Notes under the pieces: model-generated
The model's database searches: none
Seen by the model: the letters and a program-made list of their open reading frames with translations, nothing else
Told to the model about the DNA's origin: nothing
Shown here: piece by piece, positions 42,595 through 55,909 of the stretch
Position numbering within the stretch: the stretch's first letter is position 1
Layout of the letters: each line of letters begins with the position of its first letter
Source: Octopus vulgaris
Lineage: Eukaryota
Direction of reading: 5' to 3'
DNA length: 64,000 nt
Assembly (NCBI GenBank): GCA_951406725.2
Contig: OX597822.1
Span: 117,862,001-117,926,000, forward strand
Made by a program: the position numbers and the translations under genes

Positions 42595-42902
42595 TATTGA
42601 AAACTTAGCATTGGAATTGAGCAATTTCCTAAACCGGACACCGTTGCATAGAGGCAGTAGTTCTGGTTCGGAATCTTCGTGGTACTCTGGAGATCAAACC
42701 AAACCTTAATCACACTTTGCAGGGATTTTTGTTAAGATATATTTTTAAGTTACCACTTATCGTATTTTTGTGGCTAGCATGCATTTCAAGGCAAATTATA
42801 TTTGTCTAAAGACAAATTATATATTTAAAATTTTGTGACGCTCCTAGACACTCCTTGTGGCACTCTAGTTTAGAAATCTGTGGCCCAAGATTTAACGTGT
42901 TG

Positions 42903-42957
<55 letters not shown>

Positions 42958-43739
42958 GTTTGTGCGAGAGATAGAAATAACTAGTAACGAGTACGTGTGC
43001 GTGTGTGTGTGTGTATGTGTGTGTGTGTGTGTGTGTTGTGTGTGCCTGTGTGTGTTGATATGTGTATGTAGTCCGTATAATCATAAATTATTCTTTCCTA
43101 ATTACGTATCCCAAATATTTTTCATCATCTCAGTTTTTACCATTCTTAGTACCTCCTCATTGTGTTCTGTTCTTGACATTTTAAAAATCTCTTCGATATA
43201 CCGACATCACAAAATCTTGTTATCTATTTGACGATCCATATTTCAACTCCGCATTCTACAAATACAGTTTCCTTCAGTATTAATCTCTTAATATTAAAAT
43301 GGTTCACATTATTTTAAAATGACTTTCTTTTAATATCAGTCGTTACTTTGGTTCCTGTCTCATATTTTCTGCTTGCATGTATTCCAAGTATATTTTCTTC
43401 AGCTTCTTTTCAATTGGCTTTCTCTCAGCGAAAATACTTAACTCTGGTAACGGTCGTTTCTTGATTATTACCATTATTTTTGATATTTTGTAGCCATTTC
43501 CATTCAATAGATATTAATGATAGCACAAACTTCTGGAGGGTAACTTTACTGATAACAAACAAAACGTTATCAAAACATTACACATATAAGTCTATCTCTA
43601 ACTATATCTCAACCTATATAGCGAGCTACCCATATATGCATATATGTATAGGAATATATATACATAATCAGTCAGTTCTTAGTAGCAATATATGCCATTC
43701 TTCACACCTGATATAGTGTGCGTGTAAGTACACACACAG

Positions 43740-43759
<20 letters not shown>

Positions 43760-43772
<13 letters not shown>

Positions 43773-43800
43773 AATATATATATACATATATATACGTGTG

Positions 43801-43844
<44 letters not shown>

Positions 43845-43883
43845 TCTATGTATATATGTATATATATATACGTATATATATAC

Positions 43884-43919
<36 letters not shown>

Positions 43920-43926
43920 GTATATA

Positions 43927-43964
<38 letters not shown>

Positions 43965-44075
43965 TATGTATATACGTATATATATATACGTATATATATA
44001 TATATATATACGTATATATATATATACGTATATATATATATATATACATCTATGTATATACGTATATATATATAC

Positions 44076-44147
<72 letters not shown>
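43760..44147. repeat. (TA)n array with recurring catctatgtatat/tacg interruptions
   Basis: Directly visible. Confidence 0.96.
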
Positions 44148-44149
<2 letters not shown>

Positions 44150-44246
44150 CGGGAAGCTTTATGAAAATAGACAAAAGACGAAGGCAGGTGGAAAACAAAC
44201 AAACAATTGTATTAGTATGGCGCTCAGGAAATATAAATAAAACAAG

Positions 44247-44284
44247 TCTTTAACGTTTCGAGCCTACGCTCTTCAACAGAAAGA
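44247..44284 (-). ncRNA. Hammerhead-like motif, family H1, best-preserved copy (element about 44148-44360)
   Basis: Minus strand: tcttt-CTGTTGA-a-gagc gtag gctc-GAAAC-GTT-aaaga; perfect stems I and II, ACGU palindromic stem III, U at core position 6. Confidence 0.68.
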
Positions 44285-44404
44285 TACACAGAGAGAAAAA
44301 AACACAGAAAGAAGGAGAGAAAAAAAATGCGTGCAGTAACTAACGAACCAACATGGCGATATATATATATATATATATATATATACGAATATATACATAT
44401 ATAT

Positions 44405-44820
44405 TACTCTTTTCTCTTTTTACTCATTTACTTGTTTCAGTCATTTGACTGCGGCCATGCTGGAGCACCGCCTTTAATCGAGCAACTCGACCCCAGGATT
44501 TATTCTTTTGTAAGCCCAGTATTTATTCTATCGGCCTCTTTTGCCGAACCGCTAAGTAACGGGGACATAAGCACACCAGCATCGGTTGTCAAGCAATGCT
44601 AGGGGGACAAACACAGACACACAAACACACACACGCACATATATATACACATATATACGACGGGCTTCTTTCAGTTTCCGTCTCCCAAATCCACTCACAA
44701 GGCTTTGGTCGGCCCGAGGCTATAGTAGAAGACACTTGCCCAAGGTGCCACGCAATGGGACTGAACCCGGAACTATGTGGTGGGTAAACAAGGTACTTAC
44801 TACACAGCCACTCCTGCGCC
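44405..44820 (-). mobile_element. SINE family A, full length
   Basis: Similarity to other family A copies. Confidence 0.92.
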
Positions 44821-45408
44821 TATATATATATATATATATATATATAAATATATATATATATAAATATATATATATGTGTGTGTGTGTGTGTGTATACGTA
44901 CACGGATACTATATCACAAAGTATTTATAGAGGAGCAAAAGACCAAACCAAGCACGAACTAGTTAAATAAACAGGGGAAAAAATTATTGGGTAGAGACGT
45001 GAAGGAGATGTCTTTCGACGAGGGATTACTCGGTATGTCAAGAAAGACAACAAAAGGATAGGCTTTAGAAAACCATTTAGTTAAATAAACCACAATACAA
45101 ACAAAGTACAATGTTAATGAAAAATTTACACTTCATATAGCTTCAACAAAATAATAAAAGTAGTTTTAAACAACTTCTAACGTGAGCTTACCGGTTTGAA
45201 TCAGTTTGGTCTAGAGGCTAATAAGGATAATTGTTTAACTAGACTTAGACGAAACACAAACAAGAAATATGAATAGTTTTTGGACTTAAACGAAGGGGAA
45301 AGAAAAAGCAGAACAAGACATAAAATGTCTTACGTCGTAGACGAGACAAATTGTGCAAATTTATCGCCAAGAAAAATATACAGCCATTCCTATCGGGCGG
45401 TAGATATG

Positions 45409-45461
<53 letters not shown>

Positions 45462-45516
45462 GTGCGTACACACACACACGTAAACACAAACACATACACA
45501 CCAATATATGTATATA

Positions 45517-45563
<47 letters not shown>

Positions 45564-45750
45564 CAAACATACATATCTGTATATGTGTGTATATATGTAT
45601 GCATATCTGTATATGTGTGTATATATGTATGTATGCACACGTGTGTATATATATTTGTATGTATGTACAGTATATACATATATATGTGCATATGTATATA
45701 TATATATACATACATATATAATTGTATGTATATGTCTGTATGTATACATG

Positions 45751-45798
<48 letters not shown>

Positions 45799-46527
45799 CA
45801 TACATATATACATATGTGTACATATATGTCTATGTATGCATGCGTGTATGTATGTATGTATGTATGTATGTATGTATGTATGTACGTACATATGTGTATA
45901 ATGTACACCAGTATGTGCGTGTGTTTGTATATGTGTATAGATAAGCAGTGAGACAAAAAAAAAGAAAAAAGAGATTCGATAAAGCGGTCAGTTGGAGAGA
46001 TAAAAACGGCCAGTCGACTTTTATTCAATTTCACTCAATTAGCGGTCATACATTCAAATGCCTCCCAGTTTACGCTCTGTGTTTGTTTTTCCTCCTCGTT
46101 TACAACTCTCTGTCGAAAAACTATATTGTAGCTACACAGTTATATGTCGAGCTATTGCGGCTGAACATTATCCTCCATCTTGTTCAGTCACAGTCTGTGC
46201 TGTCTCCTAGTGTATCAACACTGTAACAGCTGAATAGCGTTAGTGCTGTAGTACTAATACTAACGATAGTTGCTCTATATTATTAACTGTTAGTAATTTA
46301 CTACAGTCATAGTTAAGTGAGCTAAAACATTAGCTTCGCCTATTGCATCAAAATATACCAACGACACACCAACACAGCGACAGCATTGATACTACTAATA
46401 CAAGAACCACCACAGAAATAATACTAACATGACTAATATTGTATTCCTCGCTATCACCCAATAACCATCACATTAGCAACAGTACTTACATCTCTACTTT
46501 CACACTTCATTCATAACCATAACCCTA

Positions 46528-47220
46528 CAATGGTTCTCAACCATTTTTTGCCTATGGTTCCATTTGATTTCCATTTTACTCCACTAGACCGCCATAGACA
46601 TTCACTTAATAATAAAAAAAAAAAGCCTCAATACATTTTTACAATTAAACATTATTAGGAATCTACTTACTTCTACTTTTACTTGTTTCAGTCATTCGAC
46701 TGTGGCCATGCTGGAGCGCCGCCTTTAGTCGAACAAATCGATCCCAGGACTTATTCTTCGTAAGCCTAGTACTTATTCTATCGGTCCCTTTTGCCGAACA
46801 GCCAGGTTACAGGGACGTAAACACACCAACAAGCGATGTTGGGGGGGACAAACACAGACACACAAACATATACACACACACACATACATACATACATACC
46901 TATATATACACATATATATACATATATACGACGGACTTCTTTCAGTTTCCGTCTACCAAATCCACTCACAAGACCTTGGTCGGCCCGAGGCTATAGTAGA
47001 ATACACTTGCCCAAGGTGCCACGCAGTGGGACTGAACCCGGAACCATGTGGTTCGCAAGCAAGCTACTTACCACACAGCCACTCCTACGCCTATAATCAT
47101 ATAAAAAAATTAAAATATCTTATGCATTGTAGAAGAATAAGGAATTTATTGCTCATGGATTTTAACAAAATGTTATATAGACTCCGAAGGGCCATATGGA
47201 CCCTGGTTCAGAGCCAGTGC
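46528..47220. mobile_element. hAT-like MITE interrupted by a SINE family A copy (46667-47091, minus strand)
   Basis: caatggttctcaacca start and ggttcagagccagtg end; the MITE body resumes after the SINE. Confidence 0.75.
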
Positions 47221-47555
47221 CCTATATATACCACGTAAACAGCTACACTAACACCACTGCCATTATACTGTAATCATTCGCATCATCACCACCCACAATC
47301 GACAATAACCAGCATCCACCTATAACCACCACCAATAATCAACATTATCTACAACCATCACCACCACCACCACCAACATCAACAACACTGCTCTCAGCTA
47401 AAAAGCAGTATTATCACGCTACAACCTCCACTATCATCACTATCGTCACTATCATTATTCGATTGTATCATCATAGCCTAAGCCTACCTCTAACAGAACG
47501 TCGATTGCTACCAACACGCTTCACCACAAACCACATCATCGTCGGTATACTCCTT

Positions 47556-47695
47556 CGACTTTGCCTTTCATCCTATCGGAGTCGATAAATTAAGTACCAG
47601 TTACGCACTGTGGTCGATGTAATCGACTTAATACCTATGTCTGTCCTTGTTTGTCCTCTCTGCGTTTAGCCCCTTGTGGGCAATAAAGAAATAGG
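47556..47695 (+). mobile_element. SINE family B, 3' half
   Basis: cgactttgcctttcatcct..gtcgataaattaagtaccagttacgcactg; ggtatactccttc repeated at both flanks (TSD-like). Confidence 0.88.
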
Positions 47696-47945
47696 TATAC
47701 TCCTTCATTCACTACAGCGACTACTATACACATCACTGTCACTATTTTCGTCATTATTAGTCACCACCATCAAAATCACTAAATATCCCCCTCCTCCTCC
47801 TTCTCCTCTCCCTCCTCCTTCACCACCATCTCCTCTTGATTCTTAGTCACTAAGAAACTATTTTATCTTCGCAAACAATATCATCATAATAACTAATAAC
47901 GACTGTTGTCAGTGTGACTAATAACACTGCCATCATCATCACCAA

Positions 47946-47993
<48 letters not shown>

Positions 47994-48036
47994 AGATTGT
48001 TAACCTCGTGCCGGAAAGTGTAAAAAAATTCTATCA

Positions 48037-48252
48037 AGGCGGCGAGTTGGTAGTATCGTAAGCGCGTCGGACAAAATACTTTATGGCATTTCTTCCGGCT
48101 AATTACGCTCTGTGTCCAAAAACTGCTGCGATCTATTTTGCCTTTCATCATTTCGGGGTCGATAAAATAAAGTATCAATCAAGTACCGAGGTCGCTGCAA
48201 TCGATTATTCCCTTCCCCACTAAGATTGCTGGTCATGTGAGAAAATCTGAAC
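48037..48252 (+). mobile_element. SINE family B, diverged
   Basis: aaggcggcgag..ttttgcctttcatc.tttcggggtcgataaaat. Confidence 0.8.
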
Positions 48253-48284
<32 letters not shown>

Positions 48285-48420
48285 TAACGACACATTACCT
48301 CAAAGGTCATTTATTCCAAGAACATTATTCAGCTTTCAACAACATTTAACCCCACCCCTGAACCGTTAAATAGAGAAATTTTGTACCTAGTCGCCAAAAG
48401 ATGCAATATATTATTGGTAA

Positions 48421-48805
48421 TACAGTTCTATATTTAAGAGATGAGGAATTATGTACATTATTTACATTTGACGGATATTTGTCCTCATCTTGTTTGTTGT
48501 TAACACAACGTTTCGGCTGATATACTCTCTCATATACCCACGGGCATATGGCGTAGTGGTTAAGAGCGCGGGCTACTAACCCCAAGATTCCGAGTTCGAT
48601 TCCAGTTCCAGGCAGTGACCTGAATAATAATAATAATAATAATAATAACAATAAACATCGAAAAATACCTTAGGAATGAGAACCAGGTTCGAAATTTCCC
48701 CCAAGACACCTGATGACGGCTGGAAGGTATATCAGCCGAAAAGTTGTGTTAACAACAAACAAGTTTAGGATAAATATCCGTCAAATGTAAATAATGTAAA
48801 TAATG
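48421..48805 (+). mobile_element. tRNA-headed element with a type-I hammerhead, a 5' inverted copy of its own tail and a 12-bp TSD (candidate Penelope-mobilised SINE)
   Basis: A box 48549-48559, B box 48592-48603, (AAT)n, hammerhead 48705-48750, inverted arms about 48453-48525 and 48727-48798, TSD tattatt(g/a)gtaa at 48409-48420 and 48806-48817. Confidence 0.8.
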
Positions 48806-49329
48806 TATTATTAGTAACGGTTTTATCTTCACGGGAGTGGTAAATGTCTGATTTGAATTTTACTGATTTTTAACTTTAGAATTGTAATTTCGCAACTCTT
48901 GTTCAACCATGACCAATTCAATGAAGGAACACTCGGGGCCAACTAATTCCAGACTCTACGCGCACATACAATGTTTAACAGTACATGTGTTCTTAATGTT
49001 ATTTTTCTTTTTAAGTTTCCACTTTTAGGTGCCTTCGGTCAATTATAACGATTTTATTTCACTAGAGAATGCAATGTGTCGTTATAGTAGATGTACTTTT
49101 AATACAATTGTCCTCAACTAGAACTTCATTACGTATAAGGACGGTGGGACTGAATTGTTCGATACCAACATCACGTGAGAACTGAATCCTCTCCTGTTTA
49201 ATAACATTTTAATTAGGAGGCTTCAAAACTGACTATTTTCAAATATTTTCAATATTAAGGTAAACATAAGGTATTGATACACAGAGTATCAATATAATAC
49301 TTATTTCGCATTAATATAGCATGATATTT

Positions 49330-49768
49330 AAGGCGGTGAGCTGGCAGAATCGTTTGCACGCCGGGTAAAATGCTTAGCGGCATTTCGGCCATTTTTACCT
49401 TCTGAGTTCAAATTCAGCCGTAGTCAGCTTTGCTTTTCATTTCTTCGGAGTCGACAAAATAACTACCAATTGCACACTGGATCGATGTAATCTACTTACT
49501 TGTCCCTGAAACTGCTGCCCTTGTGCCAAAATTTTAAACCATAGAGCTAGATATTAAGGCGGCGAACTAGTCGAATGTTTAACACGCTGGGCAAAGTGCT
49601 TAGCGGCATTTCTTTGTCTTTACATCCTGGGTTTAAATACCGCTGAGGTTGATCTTCTCTTTCATCCCTTCGGGATCGATAAAATAAGTACCAGCTGAAT
49701 ACTGCAGTCGTTCAAATACACTAAGCCCCTCCTCCGAAATTGCTGGCCTCATGCCAAAATTTGAACCA
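49330..49768 (+). mobile_element. Two tandem SINE family B copies (49330-49541 and 49556-49768)
   Basis: Both begin taaggcgg.ga.ct and contain aatgcttagcggcatttc / agtgcttagcggcatttc. Confidence 0.85.
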
Positions 49769-50722
49769 ATATAACAAGATATTATCATACCTGTTGTCTT
49801 GTCTGCATATGTATCCATCAAATATTCATAAATTCAGGCAGATCAAAACATCAAAACAGAATTATCGCACATACATTCCACACGGGGCAAATACATTGGA
49901 TACTGTATCAAAGGGGAAATGATTGAACGCCTACCCTCTCCTTTAAAGATAATATGGAATTATGCGATATGAAAGAAATTATCATTATATGCACAAAAAT
50001 TATTGAAAAACAATAGAATATTCTTGCACTCAAAAGAATATTCATGTCAGTGAAAGAGCTGGGAAGGATAACAGGAACAGGAAATAACATATTTATTGCG
50101 TCCACGCAAGTCTCTCACCAAATGTTATTAGTACATGCGACCATATTTCGAAAGCTGCTTAATGTAAGGAAGAATGACCCTCAGCAGAACGCAAAATGCA
50201 ATTTTTAGTTTATCAATTTTATACGCATAATTATTCTAATTCGGGGGAAAATACAAAGAATAAAATGTCTAAATACATCAGTTTGGTTTCCCATTATGCT
50301 AGAAATATTTGTTTGAAACGTTTTCTTTTGTCTGGTGTAGATGTGAGTAATCATATTGTTATTGTTAATTAACGAAATGCAAACTCCTACATTCCTAAAA
50401 AAATTGCCATTTATTAAATTAATAATAGCAGAGTCTACACTATTTTTTAAATATCAGAGGAATTTGTCATCGAGCATTTTTTTCACATAATATAAATATA
50501 ATTATTTACACAATATTATGACAAACTACCTTTTCACATTATCTGAATTGTATTATGCTAGATTATTACGATAATGTGGAAAGACAAATTGCTTTAAACT
50601 TAATTCTCTTTGTTGTTAGGGAATCCGAAGAAAGACAAAGCAGTTCTTTTGGATTATCTCTTCGCAGGGCTGGTTGTTGAACAACGATTATGAAACGAAA
50701 AATGCAACGCCATGATGCTTAC

Positions 50723-50749
50723 CGTACTCAAGATAGCCGTCGAGAGCAC
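50723..50749 (-). CDS. Candidate 27-nt frame-preserving micro-exon (G)ALDGYLEY
   Basis: Minus strand: ..ccaatAG|GTGCTCTCGACGGCTATCTTGAGTACG|GTAAGC; GC-rich island in repeat-free AT-rich DNA. Confidence 0.4.
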
Positions 50750-51347
50750 CTATTGGATATATAAATGTTTACAGAAATAAATCAACTTCATTTTATCAGT
50801 TAAGATACAGATGTGACAAATTCTTTTAATAGCAATATTTGATGGCCTCCATAGTAAACTACATGTAGTACAAGATTATTCTTCAATGGCAAAGCAAAGT
50901 CTCAAAACATTTGCTTTCCTTGTTAGTTTATCTTCTGATAACCTATACCATTGGCATGAAAGATTTTAGGTCTCAACTAGTATAGAAAAATTAATCACAG
51001 GATACTAGGTCTTTCCAATCGAATAACTGAAATCAAATTCTTTACTGGAATCCTTATTGTTGGTAATTTGATGCTGTTCTGAGTTTACACCAAACCGTGC
51101 GATTTACGAATTTGATACCGAATTTAAAATGAATGATATAAATCTAAGGTTAAAGGCGGTGATTAGCGAAAATATCAACCGCTAAATACCGCTTTTTAAA
51201 AAAATTTTCGAGGAAGCAAAGGAGATAATTTTTGAGCGTTTGTGATTTATTGGGATTCATCAGCTGAGTATAGAAATTTTCATAAAAATGGAATTGAATG
51301 GCATCATTAAATGAGATTAGTTAATTAAATCTAAATGTGTGTCGACC

Positions 51348-51679
51348 TTAGACTCCCTTCGGTCATGACTGACCATGGAATTGCACCTAGAAAGTTACCA
51401 TCCCAGGTACAAGTCCGGGCAAAGTTGTTTATGGAAGACCAGCAGTCGCCCATGCATACCATGCTCTCCACGTCACCAGTGTTATCCCAGGGGAAGGCTA
51501 AGGCCGATACAGCTTGGCACCTGTGACGTCGCAACTCATTTCTACAGCTGAGTGAACTGGAGCAACGTGAAATAAAGTGTCTTGCTCAAGAGCACAACAC
51601 GCTGCCCGGTCCGGGATTGGAACTCACAAATTCACGATCGTAAACTCGACGCTCTTATCACTGAGCCATGCGCCTTCAC
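51348..51679 (-). mobile_element. tRNA-derived SINE family E, full length
   Basis: Head ggcgcatggctcagtg..; shares ttgagcaa.acact..atttcacgttgctccagt.cactca with family D; TSD tgtgtg(t/a)cgacc at 51336-51347 and 51680-51691. Confidence 0.88.
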
Positions 51680-52576
51680 TGTGTGACGACCACAGTTGTA
51701 TTATAATTAAGATTTTTTATTACATGCTATACTGAGATATAGTACAGCTTTAGAGGCGGATTATATATATATATATTTTTAAGTATTAATCCACAAATTT
51801 TGTGGTTTAAGTTAAAAAACTTATTTAAACTTATATACACACGCTGTTCCGCCATTTAATATACAACAATTCCAGTACTCCGAAACTGATACCTGAATAC
51901 CGCATTTTGCGACATGTTTTTCTATATCAAATTACCTTTAAATAATTAACAGGGTGCACACAAAACAGCGAGTATCCAAACAATAACATATCTATTCACT
52001 CTTAATGTATTCTCACAGGTTCGAAAGCGAATATCTAATTGCAGTCCTCGTTCAACGCCTTCTCCGTTTAAATGGTGAGTGTGCATAACACATGCGATTC
52101 ACCGGTGTAAGGGGACTTGTAGATAACATCTCCATCTCGATGTACACCTATTCAGTCAAACCTACTCTGCCAGGCATCAGTAAACAAATTAATTGCTGAT
52201 GTCTTCTAACATAATAATCCACGTTGTACATGCAAAACAGCAAAACTCCAAACAATAACCTATCTATTCATTCTTAATATGTTCTGCTCAGATTCAAAGG
52301 GGAATATCTGATCGTTGTCGTTTTAAAAAATGAATCGATACGTTACTGTTTCGATTCTCGCTCTTCTGCGTGAACTTATGAAATATTATCGAGCACACAT
52401 TACTAAATACTTTGTTCGCTGCTTTTCTATAAACAAGAGTTCGTGCTCTTTATTTATTCATCGATTCAATTGGTTAGATTTGACTGAAAAGAGACAATTA
52501 GGTCGAAACACTGCAGTGTCTGAAAGTCCTTCTACACCTGTGAATCGCGTTTGTTATGAACACACACCATTTAAAG

Positions 52577-52800
52577 CAATGGTTCTCAACCAAGATTTTA
52601 TTATATAAGATTTTATTGTTAAAATTCATGTACAATAAAATGATTATATTCCCACAGCAAACAGAATATTTAAGCGGTTTTTATGCAATTCTTAATAATA
52701 TTTAATCATAAAAATATAACAGGAGGTTTTAGACATCGAATGGCTATGACCGTTCACCCACCGAATAAAATAGGAATCAAAATATGGTTGGGAACCACTG
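52577..52800. mobile_element. hAT-like MITE
   Basis: TIR caatggttctcaacca / tggttgggaaccactg; no clean 8-bp TSD. Confidence 0.7.
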
Positions 52801-53923
52801 GTCTATAAAGAAGAGATGTTCTCCGATATCGATAAGTAACAATCAGATATTCAAGTTCGAATCGGATAGAACATTAAACATGAATAGATCAATTATCTTT
52901 TGTTTTACAATTATTATTTTTCATATTTTGGTTACTTCACCACGACACTGAAATGCAGCTATAAAAAAATATAATAATACGCCGTTAGAAGGTAATTTGT
53001 TCCACCACAGACTACTTCAATTTCTAAGTCGTCCAGAGAAACGATTCTTCTTGACAGCATAACAATCTAACGATGAAAATATTTTGAAAGTATGCGTTTG
53101 TTGATGTGTGTCTGTTCGCTGTACGAAATTGTACAAATACCAGAGTTTGAAATCTATTTCGAGTTGTCTGTTTAAAATTGAATGTTTAGTTTAGCAATAC
53201 TATTAGCAAATATACAAATATGATTCTATTGTATTTCCATCTTGTTTCTAGTATCTTCCAACGTCTTGTATTAAAATACTGCCAAGAAAACATGAATCAT
53301 TGATTCCCCACAATACATCAGGCCTTCTTTATTTCTTTGTATATGTGCTTCATAAAATACGACGACGATTTATATTTTCCATAAACCCATAAAATCTGTT
53401 TAGATTTTCAATATAGTACTTTTATACAATATATACGTATTCATTTCGCGTAGCTTGACAACATCATGTGATAGGTATTGTACAATTCAAACTGAAATAT
53501 TATGACAGCTAATACATCTTTCACGTAAATCTTTTCCATTTGTTTCTATTGCAAAACTATTTAGAGTGATTTATAACATGTCATGGTATTGTTACATCGA
53601 ACGAGAGTGTGGTTTGCAGCTGATTGTATCCCATATGGCTTCTGTCACAAAATTTATTGGTTCCCTAATAGTTCTTGTACAATATTACTAAAATATTTTC
53701 ACATTAAAACATGTCATATTTCCATTTCACTGTCCTGTTGGAAGTATATTTTCCAGTATTTTAGAGATCATTTCTAACTAAAGAACACCGAAGTTTTTAT
53801 ACCAGCAGAAATATTCACGTTAACTCTGCCTGAAATAATTACCCACGTAATTTTCTTGATTACATGTAACATGGACTTTTGTAAATGATTCGTTGCATGT
53901 TGAAACGCAAATTCTTGATATTT

Positions 53924-53969
<46 letters not shown>

Positions 53970-54607
53970 CATGTGTATATGTGGTAAGAAGCAGAAATTA
54001 TAAATCGAATGTTATTTCTTGGGGAGATCGATTACTGAAAATACGAAAGAAAATCTGAGACTTTGGCACTGCCATACTTTTGGTGAGGTACTGATCGGTC
54101 GTTTAGTAATCCAGACAGAATCAAATCAAGTGAAGAAAAATACCATTATAGTGGTTTATTATCGAAACAATGCAAGACTAGAAAGAGATTTGCTAGGTTT
54201 CCTGTCTTAACTAATTATAACGATAACAAAAAAATATTGTTCTTATCTTTGAAGTCTTTTGGAACAATCCGCTCTTTGTACTTGTGTGTGTGTATTACTT
54301 ATTATGTGTAATAGTTTTTCTTTTGTAGAATATAGTCATGAGTTGAGTCAATGCAGATGTACTTTCAGAACTGACTCATCACTAGATAGGCTTGAATGGC
54401 GGAGGGGATAGTCAGCTTGACACCTTGTTGCTCAATGTTGCGGAAAAGTGTACACATGAAGTAAAATTGTAAGGGATGCATTTTTCCGACAGAGAAAAAT
54501 ATTAGGGTCCGGGAAAGAAAAAGTGACGACAGGAGTAAAGAATTACTGGATAGAGTGGGTGTGCAGGAAACTAGTTCAGAAGAGCAGGGATGCTGGAATT
54601 GCGATAG

Positions 54608-54611
<4 letters not shown>

Positions 54612-54692
<81 letters not shown>

Positions 54693-54699
54693 CGAAAGA

Positions 54700-54741
<42 letters not shown>
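54612..54741. repeat. (GA)n microsatellite
   Basis: Directly visible. Confidence 0.97.
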
Positions 54742-54742
<1 letters not shown>

Positions 54743-55049
54743 TCTGTGATCCAATATTTCGTGTATGCTAGAAAGTGAATAAAATCTTACAATCGAATAA
54801 CTTTGTTCGTGTCCGGGATGTTCAGAGTAAACATTTTTGCCGTGGAGAAATTTGCCCTAGGAGATTTCGTGCAAAAAGGAGGCACTCAAGAAGAATGCAA
54901 ACTAGATGACTCATTTTAAGAATTTACCTTTCTCTAATTGATACGTTAGATGATGAAGAAAACAACTAATTTCACTTTTAAAAAATTTTGCAATTTTTTT
55001 TTTTCCGTCGAATTTTCCTACGGCAAAAATGTGCGGCAAAATTATCTAT

Positions 55050-55262
55050 TCTTTTTATTCTTTTACTTGTTTCAGTCATTTGACTGCGGCCATGCTGGAG
55101 CACCGCTTTTAGTCGAGCAAATCGACCCCAGGACTTATTCTTTGTAAACAAAGGACTCGTTCTATCGATCTCTTTTGGCGAACCGCTAAGTGATAGGGAC
55201 GTAAACACACCAGCATCGGTTGTCAAGCGATGTTGGGGGGACAAACACAGACACTCAAACAT

Positions 55263-55325
<63 letters not shown>

Positions 55326-55473
55326 TGAAAAGGAACACACGAGTTGATATATATGAAAAAACAAGTCAAAAATAAAAAATGCTAAAATAATTTGCTAAAA
55401 TAATTTTAGGCGCAAGAGTGGCTGAAATGTTCACTATAAAATTATTTTAGCATTTTCTATTTTTGACTTGTTT

Positions 55474-55517
<44 letters not shown>

Positions 55518-55790
55518 TATAAAATTGGATTTAATCCTAAATCTAATTTTTCCCTGTAAGTTTGGATTTATTCCCTAATATTATTATTATTGATATATAT
55601 ATATATATACATACACACACACACACACGACGTTCTTCTTTCAGTTTCCGTCTACCAAATCCACTCACAAGGCTTTGATCGGCCTGAGGCTATAGTAGAA
55701 GACACTTGCACAAGTTGCCACACAGTAGGACTTATCACGGTACCATGTGGTTGGTAAGCAAGCTACTTAGCGCACAGCCACTCTTGCGCC
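55050..55790 (-). mobile_element. SINE family A whose internal (TA)n has acquired a foldback insert (about 55323-55592)
   Basis: Both SINE halves intact; insert has inverted arms at about 55346-55392 and 55438-55485. Confidence 0.88.
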
Positions 55791-55909
55791 TATAATAAAC
55801 CTTTTTATGGATAGGGTCTAGAATATATGCGTATGTAGCTACCGATCTATTGTATATATACCGAACATTCTATTATATATACCGGACGTTCTATTATATA
55901 TATTGACAA

